Assembly (NCBI GenBank): GCA_913042035.1
Contig: CAJWIN010000003.1
Location: forward strand, 1-52,663
DNA length: 52,663 nt
Direction of reading: 5' to 3'
Source of the DNA: an uncultured Gammaproteobacteria bacterium
Lineage (GTDB): Bacteria > Pseudomonadota > Gammaproteobacteria > Poriferisulfidales > GCA-002705445
Each line of letters starts with the position of its first letter. Within the stretch, counting starts at the first letter, position 1. Below are positions 39,693-49,440 of the stretch, in pieces. A program made the translations under genes and the position numbers. The notes under the pieces are model-generated. The model did no database searches. It saw only the letters and a list, made by a program, of their open reading frames with translations, and was not told where the DNA came from.

Positions 39693-40874
39693 TTATTCCT
39701 CCATGTAATGCTTCATTAATACTTCTGCTACTTCTGGTCTAGCAAATTCCTTAGGGAGACTTTCTCCTTTTGAAAGCATTTCTCTTACTTTAGTTCCAGA
39801 AAGAATTACAAAATCATCTTTTGTATGATCCTCTACATCTCTCATCATAACAACTTTATTAAGTTTTTTTGAATAAGCTGTATGGTCAGCTTTAAAAATT
39901 TTTATTTCAAGGGAATCTTCAGGAATATTATCAAAAATAATCTGAGCATCGAAGGCACCATAAAAATCACCTACTCCTGCATGATCTCTTCCAACAATCA
40001 AATAACTACACCCACAATTTTGTCTAAAAACCGCATGCAATAGTGCTTCTCTTGGCCCAGCGTAAAGCATATCAAAGCCATATCCTGTTATCATTACATA
40101 ATCTTTAGGAAAATAATGATCTACCATCGTCCTAATTGCAGTGTCTCTTACATCAGCAGGTATATCTCCTGGTTTAAGTTTCCCAAGTAACATATGTATT
40201 AAAATTCCATCAGCGTTGACTCGTTCACCTGCCATTCTGCATAATTCTTCGTGTGCTCTATGCATTGGATTTCGTGTTTGAAAAGCAACTACATTTTTCC
40301 AGCCCTTTGCTTCTATTGATGACCTTATTTGCATTGCAGTTCTGAAAGTTTCACCAAAATCTTTTTCAAAATAACTATAGTTGATTACATTCACGCTTCC
40401 ACTTATCAATAAATCTCCCTGCTCATAGAAAGTTTTAACTCCAGGATGAGATTGATCTTTAGTTCCGTAAACTTTATCAACAATATTATCTATTTCACTT
40501 GCACTTAATTTTTCAATTTTACTAATTTTTTGTATGGCTATTATTTGCTGCCCTTCAACATTTGGATCTATTAAAGCGACGCTTTCTCCCTCTTCAAAAT
40601 CTAGCTCTTGATTTGTTAAGTTTACAACTGGCGTAGGCCAAAAAAGACCATTATCTAACTGCATTTTATTTGCAACAGAAATGACATCTTTTTTATCCAT
40701 AAATCCATGCAGTGGCGTAAAATATCCTGCACCCAACATTACTAAATTTGCTGCTGCTGCAGAATTTACTTTCATTTTTTTCATTGATCTCGCAGCATCT
40801 AAAAGAGCAATTTTTTCTTCTTCTGTGCTAACTATTTTTGGCATTAGTTCAACTGAACCATGTGGTTTTATCAT
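39693..40874 (-). CDS. sat: Sulfate adenylyltransferase (Sat-type ATP sulfurylase)
   Basis: MIKPHGS, GYFTPLHGFM, VAFQTRNPMHRAHE, MLYAGPREA, IVGRDHAGVG, LSGTKVR, FARPEVA. Confidence 0.97.
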   Translation of the reverse strand: MIKPHGSVELMPKIVSTEEEKIALLDAARSMKKMKVNSAAAANLVMLGAGYFTPLHGFMDKKDVISVANKMQLDNGLFWPTPVVNLTNQELDFEEGESVALIDPNVEGQQIIAIQKISKIEKLSASEIDNIVDKVYGTKDQSHPGVKTFYEQGDLLISGSVNVINYSYFEKDFGETFRTAMQIRSSIEAKGWKNVVAFQTRNPMHRAHEELCRMAGERVNADGILIHMLLGKLKPGDIPADVRDTAIRTMVDHYFPKDYVMITGYGFDMLYAGPREALLHAVFRQNCGCSYLIVGRDHAGVGDFYGAFDAQIIFDNIPEDSLEIKIFKADHTAYSKKLNKVVMMRDVEDHTKDDFVILSGTKVREMLSKGESLPKEFARPEVAEVLMKHYMEE

Positions 40875-40989
40875 TGTTTTCCCCTTAATTCTATTCGTTA
40901 AAACCTTAATATAATTTCTTTATTATCTACATTACGGTATGATTATCTCATAAAAGATATAATACTAAAAAATAAATACTAAAACTAAG

Positions 40990-41655
40990 ATGAAAAATTT
41001 TATAGCCCCATCAATTTTATCAGCTGATTTTGCACAACTAGGAAAAGAAGTTGATAATGTAATATTAGCAGGTGCTGATATTATTCATTTTGATGTAATG
41101 GATAATCACTATGTTCCTAATTTAACTATAGGACCTCTTGTATGTAAATCACTTTCAGATTATGGAGTAAAGAAACCAATAGATGTTCATTTAATGACAT
41201 CTCCAGTAGATGATTTAATAGTGCAATTTTGTGATGCTGGAGCATCCATGATTTCATTTCATCCCGAAGCAACTCAACACATTGATAGAAGTATAGAGCT
41301 CATAAAGTCAAGAAATTGCAAAGCCGGTATTGCTCTTAATCCAGCCTCACCTCTATCACTTCTTGATCATATTCTCGATAAAATAGATTTTATCCTAATA
41401 ATGTCAGTTAATCCTGGTTTTGGAGGACAAAAATTTATTTCTAACTCACTTGAAAAAATTAAAAAATGCAAAGAAATGATTGATAATTCTAGTTATAACA
41501 TAGAAATAGAAGTTGATGGTGGAATAGGAATTAATAATATTAAAGATATAAAAAATGCCGGGGCTAATATATTTGTAGCCGGCTCAGCAATATTTAATTC
41601 AGATAGTTACAGCGATGCCATTGAAAAAATGAAGCAAGAAATTTCGGCTGACTAA
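40990..41655 (+). CDS. rpe: Ribulose-phosphate 3-epimerase
   Basis: IAPSILSADF, HFDVMDNHYVPNLT, DVHLM, MSVNPGFGGQ, EVDGG. Confidence 0.98.
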   Translation: MKNFIAPSILSADFAQLGKEVDNVILAGADIIHFDVMDNHYVPNLTIGPLVCKSLSDYGVKKPIDVHLMTSPVDDLIVQFCDAGASMISFHPEATQHIDRSIELIKSRNCKAGIALNPASPLSLLDHILDKIDFILIMSVNPGFGGQKFISNSLEKIKKCKEMIDNSSYNIEIEVDGGIGINNIKDIKNAGANIFVAGSAIFNSDSYSDAIEKMKQEISAD

Positions 41656-41659
41656 AAAA

Positions 41660-43123
41660 ATGACAAAAGAAGATTTTATAAAATTTGCTAGTCAAGGAAA
41701 TTCTAGAGTTTCTGTAAATAAGATAATCGAAGATTTTGACAAAAATCCTCTTCAAGTCTATAAAATCTTAAATAATAAAAATGCATTTTTATTTGAATCT
41801 GGTTCGAACAAAGGAAAGTGGAGCAGATACTCCATTATTGGAACCCAATCTAAAGAAATTATAAAAGTACAAGACAATATAATCACATATATTAATGATG
41901 GCCACACCAAAGAGATAGAAAGCAAAGATCCTTTGGGGTGGATAGAAAAGTTCTATGCTGAAAATAAAGTTTCTAATCTTCCAAAGGATGTTCCTTTTTC
42001 TGGAGGTTTAGTTGGTTATTTTGGATACGAAACAATTAGCTTGATTGAAGAAAAGTTAAAAAATAAAAAAAAAGATAGTTTAGGAGTCCCTGATATCTTT
42101 CTATTTGTGTGTAACGAAATTATTATATTTGATAATTTAAAAAAATGTATTCACATTATTGTAAATACAAAAACAAATGAAGAAAATAGTTACGAAAATT
42201 CAATCTCAAGAATTGACGAAATTGAAAAGTTAATCTGTAAAAAAAATAAAATACCTCCCTCAGAAAAAAATTTAGGCAAAGATGAGTTCACATCCTCATT
42301 TAAAAAAGAAAATTTTATGAGTGCTGTTAATAAAACAAAAGAATATATTTCTGATGGCGATGTTATGCAGGTTGTATTATCACAAAGATTAACAAAAAAA
42401 TTTGAAGGTAATCCAATTGACATGTATGAAGCTCTTAGAGACATGAACCCTTCACCATACATGTACTTTTTAGACATGGATGGATTTCAAATAATTGGAT
42501 CTTCTCCAGAAATTTTAGTTAAATTAGAAGATAAAAAAGTTACTGTTCGGCCAATTGCTGGAACAAGGCCAAGAGGTCAAGATGAGTTGGAAGATTTAAC
42601 GAATGAAAAAGATTTACTAAAAGACCCAAAAGAAATAGCAGAGCACTTAATGCTTATTGATCTTGGAAGGAATGATATTGGAAGAATATCTAAAGTCGGG
42701 ACTGTTAAGCTTACTGAAAAAATGATCATAGAAAGATATTCTCATGTAATGCATATCGTCTCTAATGTTACAGGAGAGATTGAGGATGATACAAAACCAC
42801 TTGATATATTAAGAGCAACTTTTCCTGCTGGAACTGTTTCCGGAGCCCCAAAAATTCGTGCAATGGAAATTATTAATGAGCTTGAACCTTTGAAAAGAGG
42901 TATATATTCTGGAGCAATAGGATATCTTTCTTGGACAGGTGATCTTGATACGGCATTATCTATTAGAACTGCTGTAATAAAAGATAATTTAATTCATGTT
43001 CAAGCAGGTGCTGGTATAGTTTATGATTCGGTACCAGAAACAGAATGGGAAGAAACTATGAATAAAGCTATGGCGCTTTTAAAAGCGTCTGAAAAAGTTA
43101 ATATCTCAAATGAGGATGCATAA
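41660..43123 (+). CDS. trpE: Anthranilate synthase component I
   Basis: LFES, FSGGLVGY, NPSPYMY, GSSPE, PIAGTR, EHLMLIDLGRND, FPAGTVSGAPK. Confidence 0.96.
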   Translation: MTKEDFIKFASQGNSRVSVNKIIEDFDKNPLQVYKILNNKNAFLFESGSNKGKWSRYSIIGTQSKEIIKVQDNIITYINDGHTKEIESKDPLGWIEKFYAENKVSNLPKDVPFSGGLVGYFGYETISLIEEKLKNKKKDSLGVPDIFLFVCNEIIIFDNLKKCIHIIVNTKTNEENSYENSISRIDEIEKLICKKNKIPPSEKNLGKDEFTSSFKKENFMSAVNKTKEYISDGDVMQVVLSQRLTKKFEGNPIDMYEALRDMNPSPYMYFLDMDGFQIIGSSPEILVKLEDKKVTVRPIAGTRPRGQDELEDLTNEKDLLKDPKEIAEHLMLIDLGRNDIGRISKVGTVKLTEKMIIERYSHVMHIVSNVTGEIEDDTKPLDILRATFPAGTVSGAPKIRAMEIINELEPLKRGIYSGAIGYLSWTGDLDTALSIRTAVIKDNLIHVQAGAGIVYDSVPETEWEETMNKAMALLKASEKVNISNEDA

Positions 43124-43705
43124 ATGATTTTGATGATAGACAATTATGATTCTTTTACATATAACATAGTTCAATATTTAGGAGAACTAGGAGCAAATGT
43201 AAAAGTTGTTAGGAATGATATGATTTCTACAAAAGACATAGAGTATATGGAGCCAGAAAAAATTGTAATATCACCTGGGCCTTGTACTCCAAAAGAAGCT
43301 GGCATTTCAATCGAAGCCATAAATCACTTTCATTCTAAATTACCAATTCTCGGAATTTGTCTAGGACATCAAAGTATAGGAGCTGCTTTTGGTGGCAATA
43401 TAATAAAGGCTAAAAAAATTATGCATGGTAAAACATCATTAATATATCATCATCAAAACTATATATTTAAAGATCTGCCAACTCCTTATACAGCAACTAG
43501 ATATCACTCTTTAGTAATCGAGGAAGAAACTATGCCTGATTGCTTAGAAATTATTGCAGAAACCAAATCAGATGATAAAAGTGAAAACGAAATAATGGCA
43601 ATTAGACATAAAGATTTTCATACGTATGGTGTACAATTTCATCCAGAATCAATTATGAGTGAGCACGGGCATCAAATTTTAAAAAATTTTCTTGAAATTA
43701 AATGA
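43124..43705 (+). CDS. trpG: Anthranilate synthase component II (glutamine amidotransferase)
   Basis: [35 protein letters not shown]. Confidence 0.95.
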   Translation: MILMIDNYDSFTYNIVQYLGELGANVKVVRNDMISTKDIEYMEPEKIVISPGPCTPKEAGISIEAINHFHSKLPILGICLGHQSIGAAFGGNIIKAKKIMHGKTSLIYHHQNYIFKDLPTPYTATRYHSLVIEEETMPDCLEIIAETKSDDKSENEIMAIRHKDFHTYGVQFHPESIMSEHGHQILKNFLEIK

Positions 43706-45513
43706 ATATAAATGAAGCAGTAGAAAAGTTTTCGTCTGGCGAAAATCTGAAAAAAAACGAAATTAAAGAAGTATTTCTAAGTATTATGAATAATGAATGC
43801 AATGATGCTGAGATTATTGCTTTTTTGATGACACTTAAAACCAAAGGGGAAACCGTTGAAGAAATTGCAGGTGCTGCTGAAGTTTTAAGAGAAATGTGTC
43901 AAAAATTAAAATTAGGTTCAAACGAATTAGTTGATACCTGTGGAACTGGTGGAGATGGGCAAAATACTTTTAATATATCAACTGCTTCAGCTATTGTAGC
44001 TGCGGCTGCAGGTGTAAAAATTGCTAAACATGGAAATAAATCAATTTCTAGTAAATCAGGTAGTGCTGATCTTCTAGAATATTCAGGAATCAATATTGAT
44101 TTAGATGAAGAGCAAGCAAAAAAATGTTTTGATGACCACGGTATTACATTTATGTTTGCCCCAAAATATCATAAAGCAATGAAGAGTGTCTCAACTGTTA
44201 GAAAAAATATTAAAACAAGAACAATTTTTAATGTATTAGGACCACTGTCTAATCCTGCAAATGCAAATTTTCAAATTTTAGGAGTTTATGATAAAGATTT
44301 AATTTTGCCAATTGCTAAGGTATTAAAAGATATTGGCATACAAAAAGCTTTGGTGGTCCATTCGGAAGATGGGCTAGATGAAATATCTTGCGAAAAAAAT
44401 ACATATATTGCTGAACTAAAAGACGGTGATATCTCTGAATATATAATTAACCCTAAAGATTTTGACTTGCAAGTTACATCACTAGAGTCTTTAAAAGTAA
44501 ATACAGTTGAAGAAAGTTATAAAATTTTTATCAAGATGTTAAATAATCAAGACGAAGCAGCAGTTAATATTGTGAGTTTAAATGCTGGTGCTGCAATATA
44601 TATTTCTGGAATTAAAAATGATCTAAAAAGTGGGATAGAGCTTGCAAAAGAAATTATTATTTCTGGGGCAGCTATGAAAAAATTTGATGATATTAAAAAT
44701 TCTATGCCCGAAAAAGTAAAAACACCTAAAATTTTGGAAGAAATTTTGGAAAATAAAGCAAAAGAGGTAGCCGAGAGAAAGACAAAAATTTCGGTTCAGG
44801 ATTTAAAAGAAATTGACTATATGAGATCTTTAAGAAGAGATTTTAAAACTGCATTGCTAAATAAAATTAGACAAAATAAAAATGCCGTAATCGCAGAAAT
44901 AAAGAGAGCTTCTCCTTCCATGGGGGAACTTAATATGAATATTATTCCAGCAAAGGTTGCTTCTGATTTTGAAACTATGGGGGCTGCTTGTTTATCTGTC
45001 TTGACAGATGCTAAATACTTTAAAGGTTCAGGCGCTATTTTAGAAATGGCAAAAAAAGGTTGTGGCATTCCTGTCCTTAGAAAAGATTTCATTATAGATG
45101 AATATCAAATAGACGAATCTGTAACCATGGGTGCTGATTGTATATTACTTATAGCTTCTGCTTTAGAAAAAAACTTAATGAAAAAACTTTATGACGCTGC
45201 AAAAATTAGAGATTTAGACGTAATTGTTGAAGTTCATGATCATAGTGAGCTTGAAGTTGCTCTTGAAATAGATTGCGACATTATTGGTATTAATAATAGA
45301 AATCTTCATACCTTTGAAGTTGATTTAAATACGACAGTGAATTTAATACAATATTTAAAGAATGATCAGCTTGTAATTGCCGAGAGTGGAATTCATACTA
45401 GTCAAGACGTTAAAAAAATGAATGATTGTGGAATAAATACTTTTTTAGTTGGTGAGTCATTCATGACCACAAATGATCCGATAAATAAATTTAAAGAAAT
45501 ATTTATAAAGTAA
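43702..45513 (+). CDS. trpD: Bifunctional anthranilate phosphoribosyltransferase / indole-3-glycerol-phosphate synthase (TrpD-TrpC fusion)
   Basis: Residues 1-~334: [25 protein letters not shown]. Residues ~343-603: [38 protein letters not shown]. Confidence 0.95.
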   Translation: MNINEAVEKFSSGENLKKNEIKEVFLSIMNNECNDAEIIAFLMTLKTKGETVEEIAGAAEVLREMCQKLKLGSNELVDTCGTGGDGQNTFNISTASAIVAAAAGVKIAKHGNKSISSKSGSADLLEYSGINIDLDEEQAKKCFDDHGITFMFAPKYHKAMKSVSTVRKNIKTRTIFNVLGPLSNPANANFQILGVYDKDLILPIAKVLKDIGIQKALVVHSEDGLDEISCEKNTYIAELKDGDISEYIINPKDFDLQVTSLESLKVNTVEESYKIFIKMLNNQDEAAVNIVSLNAGAAIYISGIKNDLKSGIELAKEIIISGAAMKKFDDIKNSMPEKVKTPKILEEILENKAKEVAERKTKISVQDLKEIDYMRSLRRDFKTALLNKIRQNKNAVIAEIKRASPSMGELNMNIIPAKVASDFETMGAACLSVLTDAKYFKGSGAILEMAKKGCGIPVLRKDFIIDEYQIDESVTMGADCILLIASALEKNLMKKLYDAAKIRDLDVIVEVHDHSELEVALEIDCDIIGINNRNLHTFEVDLNTTVNLIQYLKNDQLVIAESGIHTSQDVKKMNDCGINTFLVGESFMTTNDPINKFKEIFIK

Positions 45514-45514
45514 A

Positions 45515-46087
45515 TTGAAAATTGTAATTAAAAATTGTTCGCAGTGTGGATCAAGTAATATCAATTTTTCTGTTCCTTCCGGCGATAACAGAAATAGATA
45601 TATTTGCAAAGACTGTGGTTACATTCATTATCAAAATCCTAATATTGTTGCGGGCTCTATTTTAGAATGGAACAATAAAATCTTATTGTGCAAAAGAGCT
45701 ATAGAGCCTAGAATTAATTGCTGGACATTGCCCGCTGGTTTTTTGGAAAATGAAGAACCTCTAGAAGCTGGAGCTGCAAGAGAATGTATTGAAGAAGCAA
45801 ACGCATACTCTGATGATATGAGAATTTTCTCTATCTATAGTCTAGTGCATATCAGTCAAATATACATTATGTATTATGGAACTCTGAAGGATGGCAAACA
45901 TAGTCCAGGCCCAGAAGAATCTTTTGACACAAAATTATATAGTAAAGATGAAATCCCTTGGAGTGAATTAGCTTTTCCAATTATTAATGAGAATCTTGAA
46001 TTATTTTATGAAAAAGGGATAACAAATACTCCTCATACAGGAAGTGTTGATAAAGTTAACAACGAATACATAATCACTAGAAACTAA
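45515..46087 (+). CDS. NUDIX hydrolase with N-terminal zinc ribbon
   Basis: CSQCG...CKDCG, HYQNP, PAGFLE, AARECIEEA. Confidence 0.92.
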   Translation: MKIVIKNCSQCGSSNINFSVPSGDNRNRYICKDCGYIHYQNPNIVAGSILEWNNKILLCKRAIEPRINCWTLPAGFLENEEPLEAGAARECIEEANAYSDDMRIFSIYSLVHISQIYIMYYGTLKDGKHSPGPEESFDTKLYSKDEIPWSELAFPIINENLELFYEKGITNTPHTGSVDKVNNEYIITRN

Positions 46088-46091
46088 TTTA

Positions 46092-46280
46092 ATGGATATC
46101 AATGAAAAGGAATCTTATTGTCCTTACTGCGGAGAAGTCATCTCTTTGTTAATTGATGACTCAGTAAGTAGTCAAGAGTATGTAGAAGATTGTCAAGTGT
46201 GTTGCAGCCCAATCTTAATTAGTGTAGAAATTGATTATGAAGAAAATATATATATAAATACTAAAAAAGAAAACGAATAA
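46092..46280 (+). CDS. CPXCG-motif cysteine-rich small protein
   Basis: CPYCGE, YVEDCQVCCSPI. Confidence 0.88.
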   Translation: MDINEKESYCPYCGEVISLLIDDSVSSQEYVEDCQVCCSPILISVEIDYEENIYINTKKENE

Positions 46281-46906
46281 TGAATTTAACATTGATCTTA
46301 ACAGTTGCGCCACCGCTTCTTATCGTAGCGTATATTATCAAGGCTGATAAGTTTCCAGAACCTACGGGTTTATGTATCAGTACTTTTCTTTTAGGCTGTT
46401 TACTATGTATTCCTGCCGCATCACTCAATAATTATTTTATCCCTGATCTAAGTTATGCATATTTAGCCGGTTTTACTGAAGAATCATTGAAATTCGCTGC
46501 TATTTATTTTTACATTAGAAAAAAAACAGATTTTGATGAGCCTATGGATGCTATTGTATATGGTACACTGATATCACTTGGTTTCGCTACGCTCGAAAAT
46601 TTTCAATATGTCTATAATGCAGGAAATCCAGATTTCATCGCAATACTAAGATCTTTTACTGCAATACCGCTTCATGCTTGCTGCGGAATTATTATGGGTT
46701 ATTATTTTGGCCTTTATATATTTAAAGATAGAAATAAATTAAATCTTTTTAAGTCTTTATTCTTTGCTATATCTTTTCACGCTACATATAATTATTTTGC
46801 CACAAGAAATGTTTTATTAATGTTTATAGTCCTAATAATACTAATTTCATTTGCTAGGAAATTACACAAATTATTAAAAATTGAGCAATTGTCGAAACAA
46901 AATTAG
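46280..46906 (+). CDS. PrsW-family glutamic-type intramembrane protease
   Basis: AGFTEESLK, DEPMDAIVYG, GFATLEN, PLHA, FHATYN; multiple TM segments. Confidence 0.9.
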   Translation: MNLTLILTVAPPLLIVAYIIKADKFPEPTGLCISTFLLGCLLCIPAASLNNYFIPDLSYAYLAGFTEESLKFAAIYFYIRKKTDFDEPMDAIVYGTLISLGFATLENFQYVYNAGNPDFIAILRSFTAIPLHACCGIIMGYYFGLYIFKDRNKLNLFKSLFFAISFHATYNYFATRNVLLMFIVLIILISFARKLHKLLKIEQLSKQN

Positions 46907-46915
46907 AAAAACTTC

Positions 46916-47614
46916 TTATAATTTTAAATAGGGGTCATCTGCAAAATCTAGTGTAAGCATTAAACGCTTCTGCTCATTTTTTTCTACCTTTGGTGAGCGA
47001 TGAATTAGTCCAGCGCCCTCATTACCTTTCCAGCTTTCGCCTTTTAAAAGACCAACATGCCCTGCACTAAGTTGTTCAATGTCATCATATTTTTTAAATA
47101 TTCCTGTATCTTCGTCAAGTTTTCCATGACTTACTTCGCCTAATTTACTTCGATCTGCTAAGTGGTGTGGAAGCCACTCAGTTGCAGTACCATGATAAGT
47201 AGTTATCAAGCGACAAGGTACTCTATCGACATGGAATCTAGGGCACATTGCATAATCAAGTATTTTTAATTTAAATACTGCTTGCTTTAAATCAAATAAA
47301 TCACAAAATATATAAACTAACTCTGAAATATCTTTACTTAAACCTAAGACATCTTCATTCAATTCAATTTTTGAATCTAGCATTTCATTAACATCTGTCG
47401 ATTTAATTACTTCAGAAATTTCAAGGTGCGGATAATTTTGAATAATATTATTTGCTGCAAGCGCAATTTTACTATTTAGCTTACGTTGCCAAATAGAGAT
47501 ATTAACTTGTTCCTGATAAATTTCAGATAATGCGGAAGAAGTATTTCCAATATAACAAGAACGATTTAAGGATGAAGGAATTTTTGGTTTAAAACAATAT
47601 TTAATTATATTCAC
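46916..47614 (-). CDS. DUF1826 domain protein
   Basis: [42 protein letters not shown]. The likely start is the GTG at 47614 overlapping the upstream stop; the ORF track extends to 47629. Confidence 0.85.
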   Translation of the reverse strand: MNIIKYCFKPKIPSSLNRSCYIGNTSSALSEIYQEQVNISIWQRKLNSKIALAANNIIQNYPHLEISEVIKSTDVNEMLDSKIELNEDVLGLSKDISELVYIFCDLFDLKQAVFKLKILDYAMCPRFHVDRVPCRLITTYHGTATEWLPHHLADRSKLGEVSHGKLDEDTGIFKKYDDIEQLSAGHVGLLKGESWKGNEGAGLIHRSPKVEKNEQKRLMLTLDFADDPYLKL

Positions 47615-48822
47615 GCACTTTCCTTCCATTCATCTGGGAATGGGTCCGTAAATTTAGCCCAGTGATTTTTTCCTTGAAGTAAATCTTCATCAGACAAAAG
47701 ACATGCATCCAATTCCTTAAAAACCTGATCCTTATCTAATCCTTGGCCAATAAATACTATTTCTTGTCGCATATCACCAAACGGTTCTTCCCAATTTTCT
47801 TTAATTGAATCTAGAGAATCTTGATCTAGCGGCCATTGATCTTCTGGAACAGCTTTCCAAAACATGCCTGCAAAACCATAGCGTGCAATACCACCTGCTT
47901 GACTCCAATGCCCTGCAAACTGGGGTCTGGTTGCAAGCCAAAAATAACCTTTGGAACGAATAAGTTTGCCTGAGAGATTTTTATTATGCAGAAAATCAAA
48001 AAACTTTTGTGGATAGAACGGTTTTCTAGCTTTGTAGGCAAAACTACTTATTCCGTACTCTTCTGTTTCTGGAATATGTTCACCACGCATTTCTTTTAAC
48101 CAACCTGGTGCTTCTTCAGCCTTTTCAAAATCAAATAAACCGGTATTTAAAATTTCTTCAACATCAATTTCACCCTTAGAAATAGGAATAATTTTTGCGT
48201 GGGTGTTTAAAGTTTTTATAATTGCAATTAATTTTTTAACATCTTCTTTTTTAACTAAATCTGTCTTACTGATTAATAGAACATCAGCAAACTCAATTTG
48301 ATCAACCAATAAATCTGCTACGCTTCGCTCGTCTTCTTCACCTAAAGATTCTAACGACTCTCCAGCATCTTTTAAATATTTAGCTTCCTCATAATCTTTT
48401 AAGAAGTTCACTGCATCAACCACGGTTACCATTGTATCTAGTTTTGAAACATCTGATAATGAAACTCCATCTTCATCTGCAAAAGTAAAAGTTTCTGCAA
48501 CAGGCAAAGGCTCAGATATACCTGTCGATTCAATAACTAAATAATCAAAACGTCCTTCTTTTGCCAATTTATTTACTTCTAATAATAAATCTTCACGTAA
48601 AGTGCAACAAATACAACCATTACTCATTTCAACTAACTTTTCTTCTTTATGGCTAAGCTCCACTTCGTTTTGGATCATAGAGCTATCAATATTAATCTCA
48701 CTCATGTCGTTCACAATAACTGCAACCTTTTTGTCCTGCCTGTTATTTAATATATGAGTTAAGACTGTTGTTTTTCCAGCGCCAAGAAAGCCTGAAAGCA
48801 CAGTAACGGGTAATTTGTTCAT
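47611..48822 (-). CDS. zigA: COG0523/CobW-family zinc metallochaperone GTPase (ZigA/YciC type)
   Basis: [59 protein letters not shown]. Confidence 0.88.
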   Translation of the reverse strand: MNKLPVTVLSGFLGAGKTTVLTHILNNRQDKKVAVIVNDMSEINIDSSMIQNEVELSHKEEKLVEMSNGCICCTLREDLLLEVNKLAKEGRFDYLVIESTGISEPLPVAETFTFADEDGVSLSDVSKLDTMVTVVDAVNFLKDYEEAKYLKDAGESLESLGEEDERSVADLLVDQIEFADVLLISKTDLVKKEDVKKLIAIIKTLNTHAKIIPISKGEIDVEEILNTGLFDFEKAEEAPGWLKEMRGEHIPETEEYGISSFAYKARKPFYPQKFFDFLHNKNLSGKLIRSKGYFWLATRPQFAGHWSQAGGIARYGFAGMFWKAVPEDQWPLDQDSLDSIKENWEEPFGDMRQEIVFIGQGLDKDQVFKELDACLLSDEDLLQGKNHWAKFTDPFPDEWKESA

Positions 48823-48850
48823 TGGAATCCACTCTTTTGAAATAAATAAT

Positions 48851-48867
48851 ATGTTATATTATAACAT
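48851..48867. promoter_or_regulatory. Zur box
   Basis: Perfect 8-1-8 palindrome ATGTTATA-T-TATAACAT, matching the proteobacterial Zur consensus, 28 bp upstream of the COG0523 start. Confidence 0.88.
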
Positions 48868-48977
48868 TATATAAGTGGTTTCAAATTATTTTGGAAAAAG
48901 AGTGCTACTGACTAATTGAATTTATTTTTTTGTTTTTATTCCCGTCTCTTTTTTGGAAAATTTAATTAACTTTATAT

Positions 48978-49343
48978 TTATAAAATTTTTGTTTCTTTAA
49001 GATCTTTCCATTCATTATCACTATAAATTTCAATTTTCGTTGTTTCTAAATTTACATCACCAGTTCCATCTTCAAATTCTGTTTTCTCATTATTGTGAGG
49101 ATTTTTCTTTGCCTGATCAATGTAATCATATTCACTCAAAGACTCTCCTTCCCATCTTGCATCAAGATCATCTACTACATCTTCCCATTTTTTTATGGTG
49201 GATGACTCACCATCGCTATCGAAAGATGCCTGACCATCTTCATATGATCTCTCACATTCTATGATAACTTCCTCAGCTGTTGGTAAACCCCAATGTGTTT
49301 CAGGCGAACACTCAAACTTAAAATATACTTTATAAGATGCCAT
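48978..49343 (-). CDS. Hypothetical acidic protein (121 aa)
   Basis: ATG-initiated ORF, about one quarter Asp/Glu; no recognised motif. Confidence 0.65.
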   Translation of the reverse strand: MASYKVYFKFECSPETHWGLPTAEEVIIECERSYEDGQASFDSDGESSTIKKWEDVVDDLDARWEGESLSEYDYIDQAKKNPHNNEKTEFEDGTGDVNLETTKIEIYSDNEWKDLKETKIL

Positions 49344-49440
49344 GATACTTCTTTAAATTCCTCGTAATCTTCATCTTTACTTATTATCTTTAAATATTAT
49401 GTTTACACAATAGTTTTATGCCTAAATTTTATTTAATGAT

